Below are positions 37,039 to 48,782 of a DNA stretch of 48,782 nt, one piece after another. The translations under genes were made by a program, and so were the position numbers. Origin of the DNA: Octopus bimaculoides (lineage: Eukaryota); the NCBI RefSeq assembly GCF_001194135.2, contig NC_068983.1:92096763-92145544 (forward strand), given 5' to 3'. The notes under the pieces were generated by a model. It ran no database searches. It was not told where the DNA came from and saw only the letters and a program-made list of their open reading frames with translations. How positions within the stretch are numbered: the stretch's first letter is position 1; every line of letters starts with the position of its first letter.

Positions 37039-37843
37039 NNNNNNNNNNNNNNNNNNNNNNNNNNNNNNNNNNNNNNNNNNNNNNNNNNNNNNNNNNNNNN
37101 NNNNNNNNNNNNNNNNNNNNNNNNNNNNNNNNNNNNNNNNNNNNNNNNNNNNNNNNNNNNNNNNNNNNNNNNNNNNNNNNNNNNNNNNNNNNNNNNNNNN
37201 NNNNNNNNNNNNNNNNNNNNNNNNNNNNNNNNNNNNNNNNNNNNNNNNNNNNNNNNNNNNNNNNNNNNNNNNNNNNNNNNNNNNNNNNNNNNNNNNNNNN
37301 NNNNNNNNNNNNNNNNNNNNNNNNNNNNNNNNNNNNNNNNNNNNNNNNNNNNNNNNNNNNNNNNNNNNNNNNNNNNNNNNNNNNNNNNNNNNNNNNNNNN
37401 NNNNNNNNNNNNNNNNNNNNNNNNNNNNNNNNNNNNNNNNNNNNNNNNNNNNNNNNNNNNNNNNNNNNNNNNNNNNNNNNNNNNNNNNNNNNNNNNNNNN
37501 NNNNNNNNNNNNNNNNNNNNNNNNNNNNNNNNNNNNNNNNNNNNNNNNNNNNNNNNNNNNNNNNNNNNNNNNNNNNNNNNNNNNNNNNNNNNNNNNNNNN
37601 NNNNNNNNNNNNNNNNNNNNNNNNNNNNNNNNNNNNNNNNNNNNNNNNNNNNNNNNNNNNNNNNNNNNNNNNNNNNNNNNNNNNNNNNNNNNNNNNNNNN
37701 NNNNNNNNNNNNNNNNNNNNNNNNNNNNNNNNNNNNNNNNNNNNNNNNNNNNNNNNNNNNNNNNNNNNNNNNNNNNNNNNNNNNNNNNNNNNNNNNNNNN
37801 NNNNNNNNNNNNNNNNNNNNNNNNNNNNNNNNNNNNNNNNNNN
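37039..37843. other. Largest assembly gap (N-run)
   Basis: Read directly. Other gaps: 8860-9065, 31876-32156, 33175-33298, 41618-41627, 45972-46282, 46762-46771. Confidence 1.
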
Positions 37844-37995
37844 NGCCCAAATATTCTATGTGTGCCATAAATATCGCCATCCGCTTTAGAGAAAAATTTG
37901 TAGTTTGGAATCAGTAGTTCTTTGACTGCTATTTCTAAATTTTCAGTATGTTGGAGAAGCAACTCAATTGCTAATCCCTGTATATTTATGATGAT

Positions 37996-38056
<61 letters not shown>

Positions 38057-38079
38057 TGTATGTATGTATGTTCTTTAAT

Positions 38080-38640
38080 TCTTAAAGCCCTTCAGTTTTA
38101 AAGCTGCTGTCATGCTGAAGTACCACTGTTGGCTGTGCAGCACCAATATTTGAAACCTCTCATATGCAGCATTTGGTGAATGGGGGAGTTTGAGGCTGCT
38201 TCCCTCATCTGTGTTTCCTACCATTATGTAGGCTCATCTGGAACCCTTGATAGGTGATGCTGTTTTATTTTGAAGGTACCTACATCCACACCATGCAGGT
38301 CTCTCAGGCATCTTGGAAAGATGTTGAAGAGCTATGGGCCCTTGAACCCAAGCTGTTGCAGTATATGGTCCTGTATTTTGATGGTGATGCTGGGATCATT
38401 GGCACTATGCAGTGACACCCTGTTCTGCTGTTTGTGTAACTTTCAATGCCAAAGTTTGGTACAAGGCCTTCCAGGATTTTCCAGATGTATATCACTGCAT
38501 ATCTTTCCCACCTTCCTACTAAGGAGAAGAGTTTTAATTCTTTCAGTCTTTCCCAGTAACTGATATGTTATATTGAGATGATTTCCTTAATGTAGCTTTG
38601 TTGGATTACTTCAAGTTCCGCTGTTAACTTTATACTGTGT
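38080..38640 (-). mobile_element. 3' end of a CR1-like LINE
   Basis: SLSRKVGK(D)MQ..YIWKILEGLVPNFG...CNSLG..G...FN-type C-terminal motif typical of invertebrate CR1-group ORF2. Confidence 0.65.
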
Positions 38641-39239
38641 GATGACTATAGTTGGTAGCAGTAGTCCAAGTGGCTGAAGACATATGCCCCCCAAAGGACA
38701 ATCATGTCTCCTTTTCTCTCATTTTGAAAGTTCAGAGGGTCCATCTAGCTAGCTGTCTGCATTTTATTACCAAATTAGTAATATGCTCCTGGAAAGATGC
38801 ATCATTGCTCATGGTTGAACAGTACCAATTTAAGTAAGTTTATATGGAAGTTAAAAGATAGTATGAAATTGTACAACATTAAATAGCAAATACTTGAGTC
38901 ATGTTAGATCTTATAATCTTGCTGATAATAGATGTAACTTATATGTGGATGGTATATATCAAATTATAACATCAAAAAGAAACTTCTTAATGAAAGACAG
39001 AAACGTGCTTTATCTTGTAAACACTCTTCTAAATATGTATTTAGAAAACTTTATTAAATGTATTATTTCAAGCATTATATTAAATAAAATGTATTTATTT
39101 ATCATGAATATATGTATATGTATGTAGGCTTATGTATGTATATCTGTGTGTATGTATGTATATGTATGTATGTGTGTGTGTATGTTTATATATGTATAAA
39201 TTGGTGTACATGGTGGCTATGGATTTGGTTCCCACAATG

Positions 39240-41270
39240 AAGAGGGAACAAGGCTGTGAGATGCAAATGTGTTTTGGTTCGTAATACTAATTTCAGGAAA
39301 CCTGCTAGTCACCTGTTCACCTACCAGTCAGGTAGACACACTAGTCAGATTGACTACATTTTCGCCAGGAAACAGGGAAAGATGGCTACTTATGAATGCC
39401 AAAACCTTCCCAAGTGAAGAATGCATAACATAGGTTAGTATTCAATCAGGTGATACATTCCGGAATCATACCCAATGATTGGTGTAGCAGCACCATAGTC
39501 AACTGCTACTAAGGTAAAAGTGACGCATTGAATACAAATAATTATAGAGGTATCAAATTGTTCGATCAGATGATGAAAGTCATGGAGAGGGTTATAGCCC
39601 AACTAATTAGGAAGAGAGTTAGTTTAGACGAGATGCAGTTTGCATATGTGCCAGAGAGAGGTACCATTGATGCTATATTTCTTGTAAGACAGCTGCATGA
39701 GAAATTCCTAGCCAAAGATAAACCTCTGTACTTGACTTTCGTTGACGTGGAGAAAGCCATTGACAGGGTCGCCCAATTTCTTATCTGGTTGTCAATGCAA
39801 AAACTAGGGATAGATGCATAGTTAGTGAGAGCTGGACAAGCCATGTACAGGGATGTCAGGAAGGTCAGGGTTGGCAATGAACATAGTGAAGAATTCCAGG
39901 CAGGGGTAAGGGTCCATAAAGGATCAGTCCTCATCCCCTCTTATGCATCATAGTCCTCCAGGCAATAAAGAGGAATTCAAGACAGGATACCCCTGAGGAA
40001 CTCCTCTATGCTGACAACCTTGCTGAGTCACTATCAGAACTAGAGGAGAAGTTTCAGGTGTGAAAGTAAGTCAATTTAGCAAAAACGAAAGCCTTAGTAA
40101 GTAGGAAGGCAGACAAATTACAAATCTCTTCAGGTAGATGGTCCTGCTCGATCTGTAGAAAAGATGTACCTGGTGTAAGCTATGGACACATAAGAGGTGC
40201 AGCAATATCAAAGGAAAGCTAACTGGGAAGATAGTTTCTCTATGTGGCAGATGCATAGTGGTAATAAACACTGAAAATGTGCAGAAAGCAGCTTCCATCA
40301 CATGCCAGGGGGAAAAGCTAGAAGTAGTTGATAGCTTCTGTTACCTAGGTGTCCAAGTCAGTAGTAGGGTGGGTGCTCTGAGAGTGTAGCTGCTAGAATA
40401 AGAATAGCCTGGGCAAAGTTCAGAGAGCTCCTCCCACTGTTGGTAACAAAGGGCGTCTTGCTTAGAGTGAAAAGTAGACTGCATGACACGTGTGCAAACA
40501 GCCATGCTACACGGCTGTGAAACATGGGCTGTGACTGCTGAGGACATGTGTAAATTTGCAAGAAATGAAGCTAGTATGCTTCGTTGGATGTGTAATGTCA
40601 GTGTGCATAGATGACAGAGTGTAAGTGCCCTGAGAGAAAAGTTGGACATTAGAAGTATCAGATGTGTGCAAGAAAGATGACTGCACTGGTATGGTCATGT
40701 GTTACGTGTGGATGAGGGCAGCTGTGTGAAAAAGTGTCAGACTCTAACAGTTGAGAGAACTTGTGGAAGACCTGGAATGAGGTGGTGAAGCATGACCTTT
40801 GAACTTTGGGCTTCATAGAGGCAATGACAAGTGACTGAGACCTTTGGAGATATGCTGTGCTTGAGAAGACTCGGCAAGCCAAGTGGGACTGTAGCTGTAG
40901 CCTGTGCCAGTGTTGTTTAAACGTCCCATTTAAGAGTGCGCTTCAATCATTGAGCAATATGCTGTGCTTGAGAAGACCTATTGAGTCAAGTGAAATCATT
41001 GTCATGGCCGATGCCAGTGCCATCTGACTGACACCTGTGCTGGTGGCACATAAAAGCACCATTTGGGCATGGTCGATGCCAGGTCCACCAGACTGGCTCC
41101 TGTGATGGTGGCACGTAAAAAGCACTGTATGAATGTGGTCGATACCTGTGCCGCCTGACTTGCTCCCATGCCAGTGGCATGTAAAAACCACAATTTGAGT
41201 ATTGTCGTTGCCACTGCTGCCTGACTGACTCCTGTGCTGGTGGCCCATAAAAAGCACTATTCGAGCATGA
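39240..41270 (+). mobile_element. RTE family 1 copy, internally deleted, with a 65-66 bp 3' UTR array and no terminal tail
   Basis: FRKPASHLFTYQSG...QIDYI; NNYRGIKL; DEMQF..; TIDAIFLVRQL; LLYAD; ORF end EKTRQAK*. Array anchors at 41006, 41071, 41137 and 41203. Confidence 0.9.
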
Positions 41271-41461
41271 ATAACTAATAAAGGGCTAAATATTAAAGAT
41301 AAAGAAGAAAAAAGGATAATATAAGTAAAAAGGAAGCAAAAAACAAAAGAGAGCCCCCGAGTAAAACAAAAAAGTCTGACAGTTAATATGCAAAGACACA
41401 AATAGTTAGGAAATGCACACAAGTTTGTAAATTTGTCCTGCATGGTGATTGCTGGCATGGA

Positions 41462-41507
<46 letters not shown>

Positions 41508-43165
41508 GTTTAACATCCACTTTCCATGCTAGCATGGGTTGGACGATTTGACTGCGGACTGGTGAACCAGATGGCTGCGCCAGGCTCCAATCTGATCTGG
41601 CAGAGTTACGCATAAGTNNNNNNNNNNGGTGAACCAGATGGCTGCGCCAGGCTCCAATCTGATCTGGCAGAGTTACGCATAAGTGGGCTGGCTACACTCC
41701 TGGCAGAGGCCTTGGATTTAGGTCTTACTTGGCTTGCCGGGTCTTCTCACGCACAACATATTTCCAAAGGTCTCAGTCAGAAGTCATCACTTCGGTGAGG
41801 CCCAATGTTCGAAGGTCGTGCCTCACTACCTAATCCCAGGTCTTCCTGGGCCTACCTCTTCCACAGGTTCCCTCAACTGCTAGGGTGTGGCACTTTTTCA
41901 CCCAGCTATCCTCAACTATTCTCGCCACATGACCATACCAGCGCCATCGTCTCTCTTGCACACCACAACTGATGCTTCTTAGGTTCAATTTCTCTCTCAA
42001 GGTACTTACACCCTGTCTAGTATGCACACTGACTTTACACATCCATCGGAGCATACAGGCTTCATTCCTTGCGAGCTTACGCATGTCTTCAGCAGTCACG
42101 GCCCATGTTTCACTGCTATGAAGCATGGCTGTTCATACACATGCTTCATACAGTCTGCCTTTTACTCTGAGTGAGAGGCCCCTTGTCACCGGCAGAACTC
42201 TCTGAACTTTACCCAGACTATTCTTATTCTAGCAGCTACACATTCAGCGCACCCACCCCCACTACTAACTTGGTCACCTAGATAGCGGAAACTATCAACC
42301 AAGTCTAGTTTTTCTCCCAGGAATGTGGCCAGAGTTGTTTTCTGCACATTTACAGTGTTTATTGCTCCTGAACATCTGCCACATACAAAAACTAACTTCG
42401 TAGTTAACCTTCCTTTGATATTGCTGCACCTCTTATGTGTCCATAGCTTGCACTGGGTATATCTTATAGAGTTTCTACCTACGCCTTTTCTACAGATCGA
42501 GCAGGGCCATCTACCTGAAGGGGTTTGTGTTTTGTCTACCTTCCTACTTATTAGGACTTTGGTTTTAGCTAGGTTGTCGCTAAGGTCCTTCGATTCTAGT
42601 CCTTGCTTCCACACCTGAAACTTCTCCTCTAGTTCTGATAGTGACTCAGCAATTAGTGCAAAGTCATCAGCATAGAAGAGCTCCCAGGGGCACCCTGTCT
42701 TGAATTCCTCTGTTATTGCCTGGTGGAATATGATAAATAGGAGGCGGCTGAGAATTGAAAATTGGTGGACCCCTACCTCAACCCGGAATTCTTTACTGTA
42801 CTCGTTGCCAACCCTTACCTTACTGACAGTATCTCTGTACGTGGCTCGCACAGCTCTCACTAACCATTCTTCTATCCCTAGTTTCCTCATTGACCACCAG
42901 ATAAGGGATCGGGGGACCGTGTCAAAGGCTTTCTTCATGTCAACGAAAGCCAGATACAGAGGTTTATCTTTGGCTAGATATTTCTCCTGCAGCTGTTTTA
43001 CCAGAAATATAGCATCAGTGGTGCTTTTCCCTGGCACAAACCCAAACTGCATCTCATCTAAACTGACTCTCTCCCTAATTAGTTGGGCTATGACCCCTCC
43101 GTGACTTTCATTACCTGATCTAACTACTTGATACCTCTGTAATTATTTGTATCTAAAGCGTCATA
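41462..43165 (-). mobile_element. RTE family 1 copy, 5'-truncated, with a (GAT)15 tail
   Basis: ORF pieces 42186-43052 (MQFGFVPGKSTTDAIF...LFYADD) and 41830-42126 (LHSSETW...GRGRPRKTW). Perfect palindrome ccatgctagcatgg. (CAT)15 at 41462-41506. Confidence 0.92.
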
Positions 43166-43449
43166 GTGAAAACTGCCTCTTCCTGCATCCAAAACCATAC
43201 AACAGGCAGACCAAAAACAAAAGTCTCCCTCCAAAAGACACAGGAGGACTCTAAAGAGGAAAAAATCATGCAGCATCTGCATCAAAGCTAAATTACGCTG
43301 ATGTAGTGTGCACTACCTCTATAAACCAGCTCTATCCAGATGCCATCATAAGGGTTGCAGCTGAGGAACCATCTTTTTTATGCATGGCTCAAAAGATCGT
43401 TTTACAACTAACCTAGTTTCATCAATTCCAGACCAATACACAAGACTGC

Positions 43450-44135
43450 GACAACAGAGTGGCTACCACTGGCATCAGCATAGAGGTCACACTAATATAC
43501 TTCATAAATGTAAGAGGACTGTTACAACTCAGTAACAGAACTAAAATTACCTTCCTGAGAGACCTAGTAACATACACTCAAGCCTTATGCATAGCACTCA
43601 CTGAAACGCACTTAAAACCTGACATCACAGATGCAGAAATACACATACCAAAGCACATGGTATTGCGAAGCGATAAAAAAGACAGGAGCCATGGTGGAGT
43701 TCCAATGAACAGCCATGAAGATCTTACGCCCCAGATCTTTTTGTCACACTCAAGCTCAATGTGTGACACACTAATTGTACAAATAAGACAACTTGACATA
43801 GTTATATGTACTACATACTGCCCACCAGATCCCCCGAATCATACAGACCTATTAGAAGACTGCCTTGCAAGAATAGGTCTTAACCAAACTAGAAGAGTAC
43901 ATCAGTGTACTTCTCATGGGAGGCTTCAACCTGCCTAATGTGAGATGGCCTGAAGGCCTTTTTTCTCAGGAATGATGTGATGCGAGCAAAAGCAACAATT
44001 TACGTATGGAACAAATAATACTCCAACCAACTAGGGCAAACAATATATTTGATCTCTGCTTTGCAAACAATGTGGATTTCATCCACAATGTGTAAATGAC
44101 ACCAACGCTAATCTCAGATCACAACATTATAGAGC
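43450..44135 (+). mobile_element. CR1-like LINE APE endonuclease relic
   Basis: FINVRGL, IALTETHL, RSDKKDRSHGGV, YCPPD, MG-FNLP, PTRANNIFDLCF and SDHNII motifs. Confidence 0.78.
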
Positions 44136-44261
44136 TGTGCAGGGATAGGTATATTCTTTTGGGAAAATTCCAATGGGTAAAGTTCCATCTTTTCAGCTGT
44201 ATCTTCCTACTTGTGTAGAGTTGCTCAAACTTTCTAAAAAAGGAGCGGGTTACACTGGAGT

Positions 44262-44384
44262 AAGCACATAAAATGTGCAACAAAAGAACCAAAGCACATA
44301 AAATGTGCAACAAAAGAACCAAAGCACATAAAATGTGCAACAAAAGAACCAAAGCACATAAAATGTGCAACTAAAGAACCAAAG
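44262..44384. repeat. 30-bp tandem repeat, 4 copies, each with an internal palindrome
   Basis: aagcacataaaatgtgcaacaaaagaacca at 44262, 44292, 44322 and 44352 (one substitution in the last). GCACAT-aaa-ATGTGC stem. Confidence 0.95.
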
Positions 44385-45544
44385 TTCATGAATTCATCCA
44401 TGAAAATCCAGTCACATATAGAAAAAATTAATAAGTAAATACACGATAAATAAGTATAATAAAATACAAAGTAAAAATCATAAAATAATAATAATAAAAC
44501 GGCTACACTGCTCGTATTCTACTTAGCGGTATGTTGGCGTTAAATGCTAAGATTGTATCTATAATACAGTCTCAGATTACTTATTAAGACTCCTACATAT
44601 ATATAACGTATACCTATATGTTATCAAATTGTAGTTATTTTTGGTGAAAGTACGATCAAAAGCTATTGTACCCGACTCACTGTCTTAGATTATGCTTAAG
44701 AGTTTTCTATGTCTGACAGCTGGATTCTCTATATAATAGAGTCACTCAACTAATGAACCACTAACGCAGTTATTCATAAACTTAGTGATTCGCGTGTAAA
44801 TATATCTCATTATTTCTACTGTTAGGTATATACATGGGATGCTATTTACTATAGAGACAGGAGTGAATGGGGGTGACCCTAAGATTTGAGTATCCTACAT
44901 AACTAACTATTCTAGCTACTAATTAACCAGTACATCAGTTCATTTATCAATCAGCCAATTCTTCACCTACTTAAATGAATAAATAAGTAAATAATTAATT
45001 AACTAATCAAACAATCGATGAATAAATCTGTCCAAACCTTAGCAAAATAGCGTTAAGTACCAGAGACCTTAGCACATAATAGACAGTTACCCACACATCT
45101 TCATATATACACACTCAAAATGTGCATACACACACATATATATATATAAGTGCACGTGCACTTACCCACGTACACACTCACACAACCACATGCATGCACA
45201 CCTGCATACATATACATATAAGTCAACCTACACATCCACATAACTGTATTCGCACATCATTACATACATCCACCAGTACTTGCAGGCACATGATACATAC
45301 TTAAATGTCAAATAAGCACACACATACATACATACATACATACATACATACCCAGATATAAGTGCATACCCACCTACAACTACATATATCTATACGTATA
45401 GATGCAAATATCTAAATATATACATCTACAAGCACACGATATTCCCATAAATGATTGTAAATATATACAGGTATGCATACGCCCACACACAGACATACAT
45501 ACATATATATATATACATATATATAGACCCATAGACACACTCAT

Positions 45545-45575
<31 letters not shown>

Positions 45576-45585
45576 CATACATACA

Positions 45586-48500
45586 TGATGGCTGCCCCCT
45601 CGTTATCGAGTATGGCCATTGCACGAAGCTTAACTTAATGGTGCTATGATCGAATGTGACTTTTTAGCCCAGCCAAAGATCTACAATGTCCTGCACAGAG
45701 TTGGCATCCAAAACCTTTACTGGCAATAGCTGGCTGTTGTTGTAATTGGGCTCCATATACCTTTGCGTGTTGTTTAAGTGCTTCTGAATCACACTCCCTT
45801 CCACATGCCCGACAGACATGATTAGTATGGTGTGTAGCATCATCACCAGCAGCCTGGTAGTCAATCATCGGTCTTGCTTTATGACTCCGAAGATGACTCA
45901 TGAGTCCAACTGTACTGAGGCACGGTCTTGCACAGACAGTGCATATCAGTGTCAGGAAGACTCTTACCATCNNNNNNNNNNNNNNNNNNNNNNNNNNNNN
46001 NNNNNNNNNNNNNNNNNNNNNNNNNNNNNNNNNNNNNNNNNNNNNNNNNNNNNNNNNNNNNNNNNNNNNNNNNNNNNNNNNNNNNNNNNNNNNNNNNNNN
46101 NNNNNNNNNNNNNNNNNNNNNNNNNNNNNNNNNNNNNNNNNNNNNNNNNNNNNNNNNNNNNNNNNNNNNNNNNNNNNNNNNNNNNNNNNNNNNNNNNNNN
46201 NNNNNNNNNNNNNNNNNNNNNNNNNNNNNNNNNNNNNNNNNNNNNNNNNNNNNNNNNNNNNNNNNNNNNNNNNNNNNNNNNNGACCAGATAACCACTCCA
46301 TCTGAGCCTTTGCTTCAACACAAGAGCTTCTACGCTTTCACACCGAGAGCTTTCCAATATCTCAAGATCGCTGATGCGGTCCTCCCACTTGATGCCACAG
46401 ATCCATCTGAGACACATCTGATGGAAACGTTCCAGTTGTTTAAGGTGGTAACGATATGTGATCCAGGTCTCGCAAGAATAAAGAAGAGAAGAGAGTACAC
46501 ACGCCTTGTACACCTTTATCTTTGTCTTCCTGCATATGTCTCACCGACCCCAGAGATGTCTTTCTAGCCTTCCGAAAGCATCACTTGCTTTCCTAATTCT
46601 ATATGGAATTTCATTGTCCAAATTGCCATATTTATTAACAGTGCTTCTCAGGTAGACAAACTGATCGACTACACCAAGTCTTTTACCATACACATAGATA
46701 TTTGGTTCAATATACTGCTTACCAGGGGCAGGTTGGTACATGACAACAGTTTTCTTGAGATNNNNNNNNNNGATATTTGGTTCAATATACTGCTTACCAG
46801 GGGCAGGTTGGTACATGACAACAGTTTTCTTGAGATTGACTGTCATTCCTAAAGCAGTGCAAGCATCAGAGAATGCATTCAAAGTGTGTTGCATATAAAT
46901 CTCTGTGTGCGCTACTAGATCACAATCATCTGCATACACAAGGTCTCTTATGATAGAGGTAAATATCTTTGTTTTTGCAGCAAAGCGCCTGATATTAATA
47001 TGCTGCCAGAAGTTCGATAATGGATGTAAACACCATATCTACAATTTCTGAATGCAATACAGAAAACCATCGCAAAATATATGACGAATAGAGTCGGTGC
47101 CAGAATATTCCCTTGCTTCACTCCATTTTGTATTGAGATGGGCTCCGACATTTTACCTCTTACATTAACCCTACTCTTCATGTCTTCATGAAAAGACCTA
47201 ACCACAGCAAGGGAGGACTTTCCATAGTGCTTTTCAATTAACTGTATCAAAGGCCCTTGTCAGATCGACAAAAACCTGATATAAATCGAGACCCTGTTCC
47301 ACACATTTTTCCTGAAGCTGTCTAGCTGAGAAGATCACATCAGCAGTGCCACCTCCCACAAGAAAACCAGATTGACTTTCTGGAAACACACAATCTGCAA
47401 CGTGTTTCAGCAGATGGTCCAGAAGTACCCTGCATAAAACCTTTCCTACGACAGAAAGCAATGATATTCCCCTGTAGTTACCATAATCATTCCAGTTACC
47501 CTTTCCCTTATGAAAGACCACCATTACTGCATCTCTCTAGTCCTCAGGTACAGATTCACTATCCCATATCCTGCAAAACAAGGAGTGAAGTTGCTGTAGA
47601 TGTTTCTCGCCACCATGCTGCAACAACTCTGCATGAATACCGTCCAAACCCGGAGACCTCCCATTATTCATCCTTGAGACAGCCACCACGACTTCTTCCA
47701 ACATAGGTGGCTCTGCAAGAGCTGCCCTCACAGGTAATTCAGGGATGCGATTGAGAACATCCTCACTAACTATAGACTGCTGATTCAAGAGTTCATCAAA
47801 GTGTTCTTGCCACCTTTACAGAATTCCTTGTGAATCACAAAGAAGTTCTTTACCATCCCTGCTTCGAAGTGGTGTCATCAGAGAAGAAGTCGGGCCATAA
47901 ACCTCTCGCAAGAGACCATATAACAGCTTTGTGTTATTGGAATCCGATGCCGCCTGTATCTCATCAGCCTTCTTACTCAACCAGGTATCCCTCATTTGAG
48001 AGAGCCTCCGCCTCACACGTGATTTCACATCCTTGAGTTCCTTATGTAATACATCTCTCTCCTGTGGCTTTGCTGACAAATAGCATGACAAAGTACGTCT
48101 TTTAACAACCAATAAATCATCAATATGTTCATCATTTTCTTTAAACCAATCTTGATGCTTTCTTTGTATCAATCCCAGAACTTTCCTGCCTATATCATAA
48201 ACTGACTTTTTGAGGGTTGACCAATCTTCCCCAAAATCGGCAACATTCATTCCCTCTCGTAAAGTTCTCTTCACGCCATTACAACTAAGACGAGCAACAT
48301 TCAGTCTTTTAGGCAGGGTAAAACCTGCAGCCCGGATTTTACGTTTTGTGATTAATTTGACTTTTGCACGTACCAGGCGGTGGTCAGTCCAACACTCAGC
48401 TCCATGAAGAACACGAACACACCGCACATCATGTCTGTCACACATCCTAACAAGGATGTAATCCAGAATATTCCACTCTTTAGATGCAGGGTGCATCCAT

Positions 48501-48782
48501 GTGGTCTTAAACTTATTCTTTTGCTGAAACACAGTATTGGTAACACACAGACGCACATCTGCAGCAGAAGCATACCATTACTATTACATTTTCCCACCCC
48601 ATGCTTTCCAATTATTGTCCATGTGTTAAAATCCCTACCCACTCTAGCATTAAAGTCACCCAGTACGATGACTTATAATGCCCTTCAAAGCATGGTAGAA
48701 AGAAACTTTTTCGTCATTAGTAGAGCACATAGTTGGAGCATACACACTCACCAAGGTTAAATAATTTCCTTTAACCAAAGGA
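45586..48782 (-). mobile_element. Long BovB/RTE-1-like LINE (family 2) with three C-terminal C2H2-like fingers; 5' end beyond the window
   Basis: APE motifs [32 protein letters not shown]; RT motifs GRSPGLDGI, NYRGISLLS, ESQSGF, FVDLTRAFDTVN, GVKQG.ILAP.LF, YADD; LLYSCETW; C-terminal CTVC/CRAC/CQLC fingers; (ATGT)n/(AT)n tail. Disrupted by stops and frameshifts. Confidence 0.92.

Noticed and set aside
36899-37962. 300-aa ORFs (also at 31747-32211, 33015-33520 and 45818-46567)
   Set aside because: They are open only because they run through N-gaps.
40943-41506. 187-aa ORF starting with poly-Met
   Set aside because: It is the (GAT)n LINE tail read as ATG repeats and runs into unrelated sequence.
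41561-41684. 57-bp direct duplication inside the RTE 3' end
   Set aside because: It exactly brackets a 10-N gap, so it is overlapping contig ends, an assembly artefact.
44262-44384. CRISPR-like palindromic 30-bp repeats
   Set aside because: The units are directly adjacent with no unique spacers, there are no cas genes, and the context is a eukaryotic intron.
46697-46836. 65-bp direct duplication (LKKTVVMYQPAPGKQYIEPNI twice)
   Set aside because: Identical copies lie either side of a 10-N gap; artefact.
28678-48782. Further scrib exons (expected RL..LP...L.LKALWL.ENQ)
   Set aside because: No matching frame with splice sites found by eye. An exon hidden in an N-gap cannot be excluded.

Overview
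This is an AT-rich, microsatellite-laden eukaryotic window with eight assembly N-gaps. The repeat families point to an octopod cephalopod (inference). It lies entirely inside one + strand host gene encoding a LAP-family leucine-rich-repeat protein, best matching Scribble. Five canonical GT-AG coding exons (145, 73, 46, 84 and 116 nt; 464 nt, about 1% of the window) splice in frame. None is reported correctly by the ORF track. The introns (10.1 kb, 569 bp, 583 bp, 9.6 kb, >20 kb) are filled with decayed mobile elements: CRE, R4/Dong, RTE (two families), CR1-like and Tx1/L1-like LINEs; Tc1, mariner and piggyBac relics; a Helitron-like scrap; two MITE-like elements; and tRNA-derived SINEs. I find no prokaryote-type system and no CRISPR array. 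The best leads are: (1) an RTE lineage ending in a three-finger C2H2-like array, seen twice, once as an isolated retroposed module; (2) a tail-to-tail RTE pair able to form about 1.3 kb of dsRNA in the pre-mRNA; (3) a 38-bp near-perfect intronic hairpin; (4) variable tandem arrays in RTE 3' UTRs; (5) R4 elements clustered on (AAT)n. All alignments were done by eye and TE boundaries are approximate.
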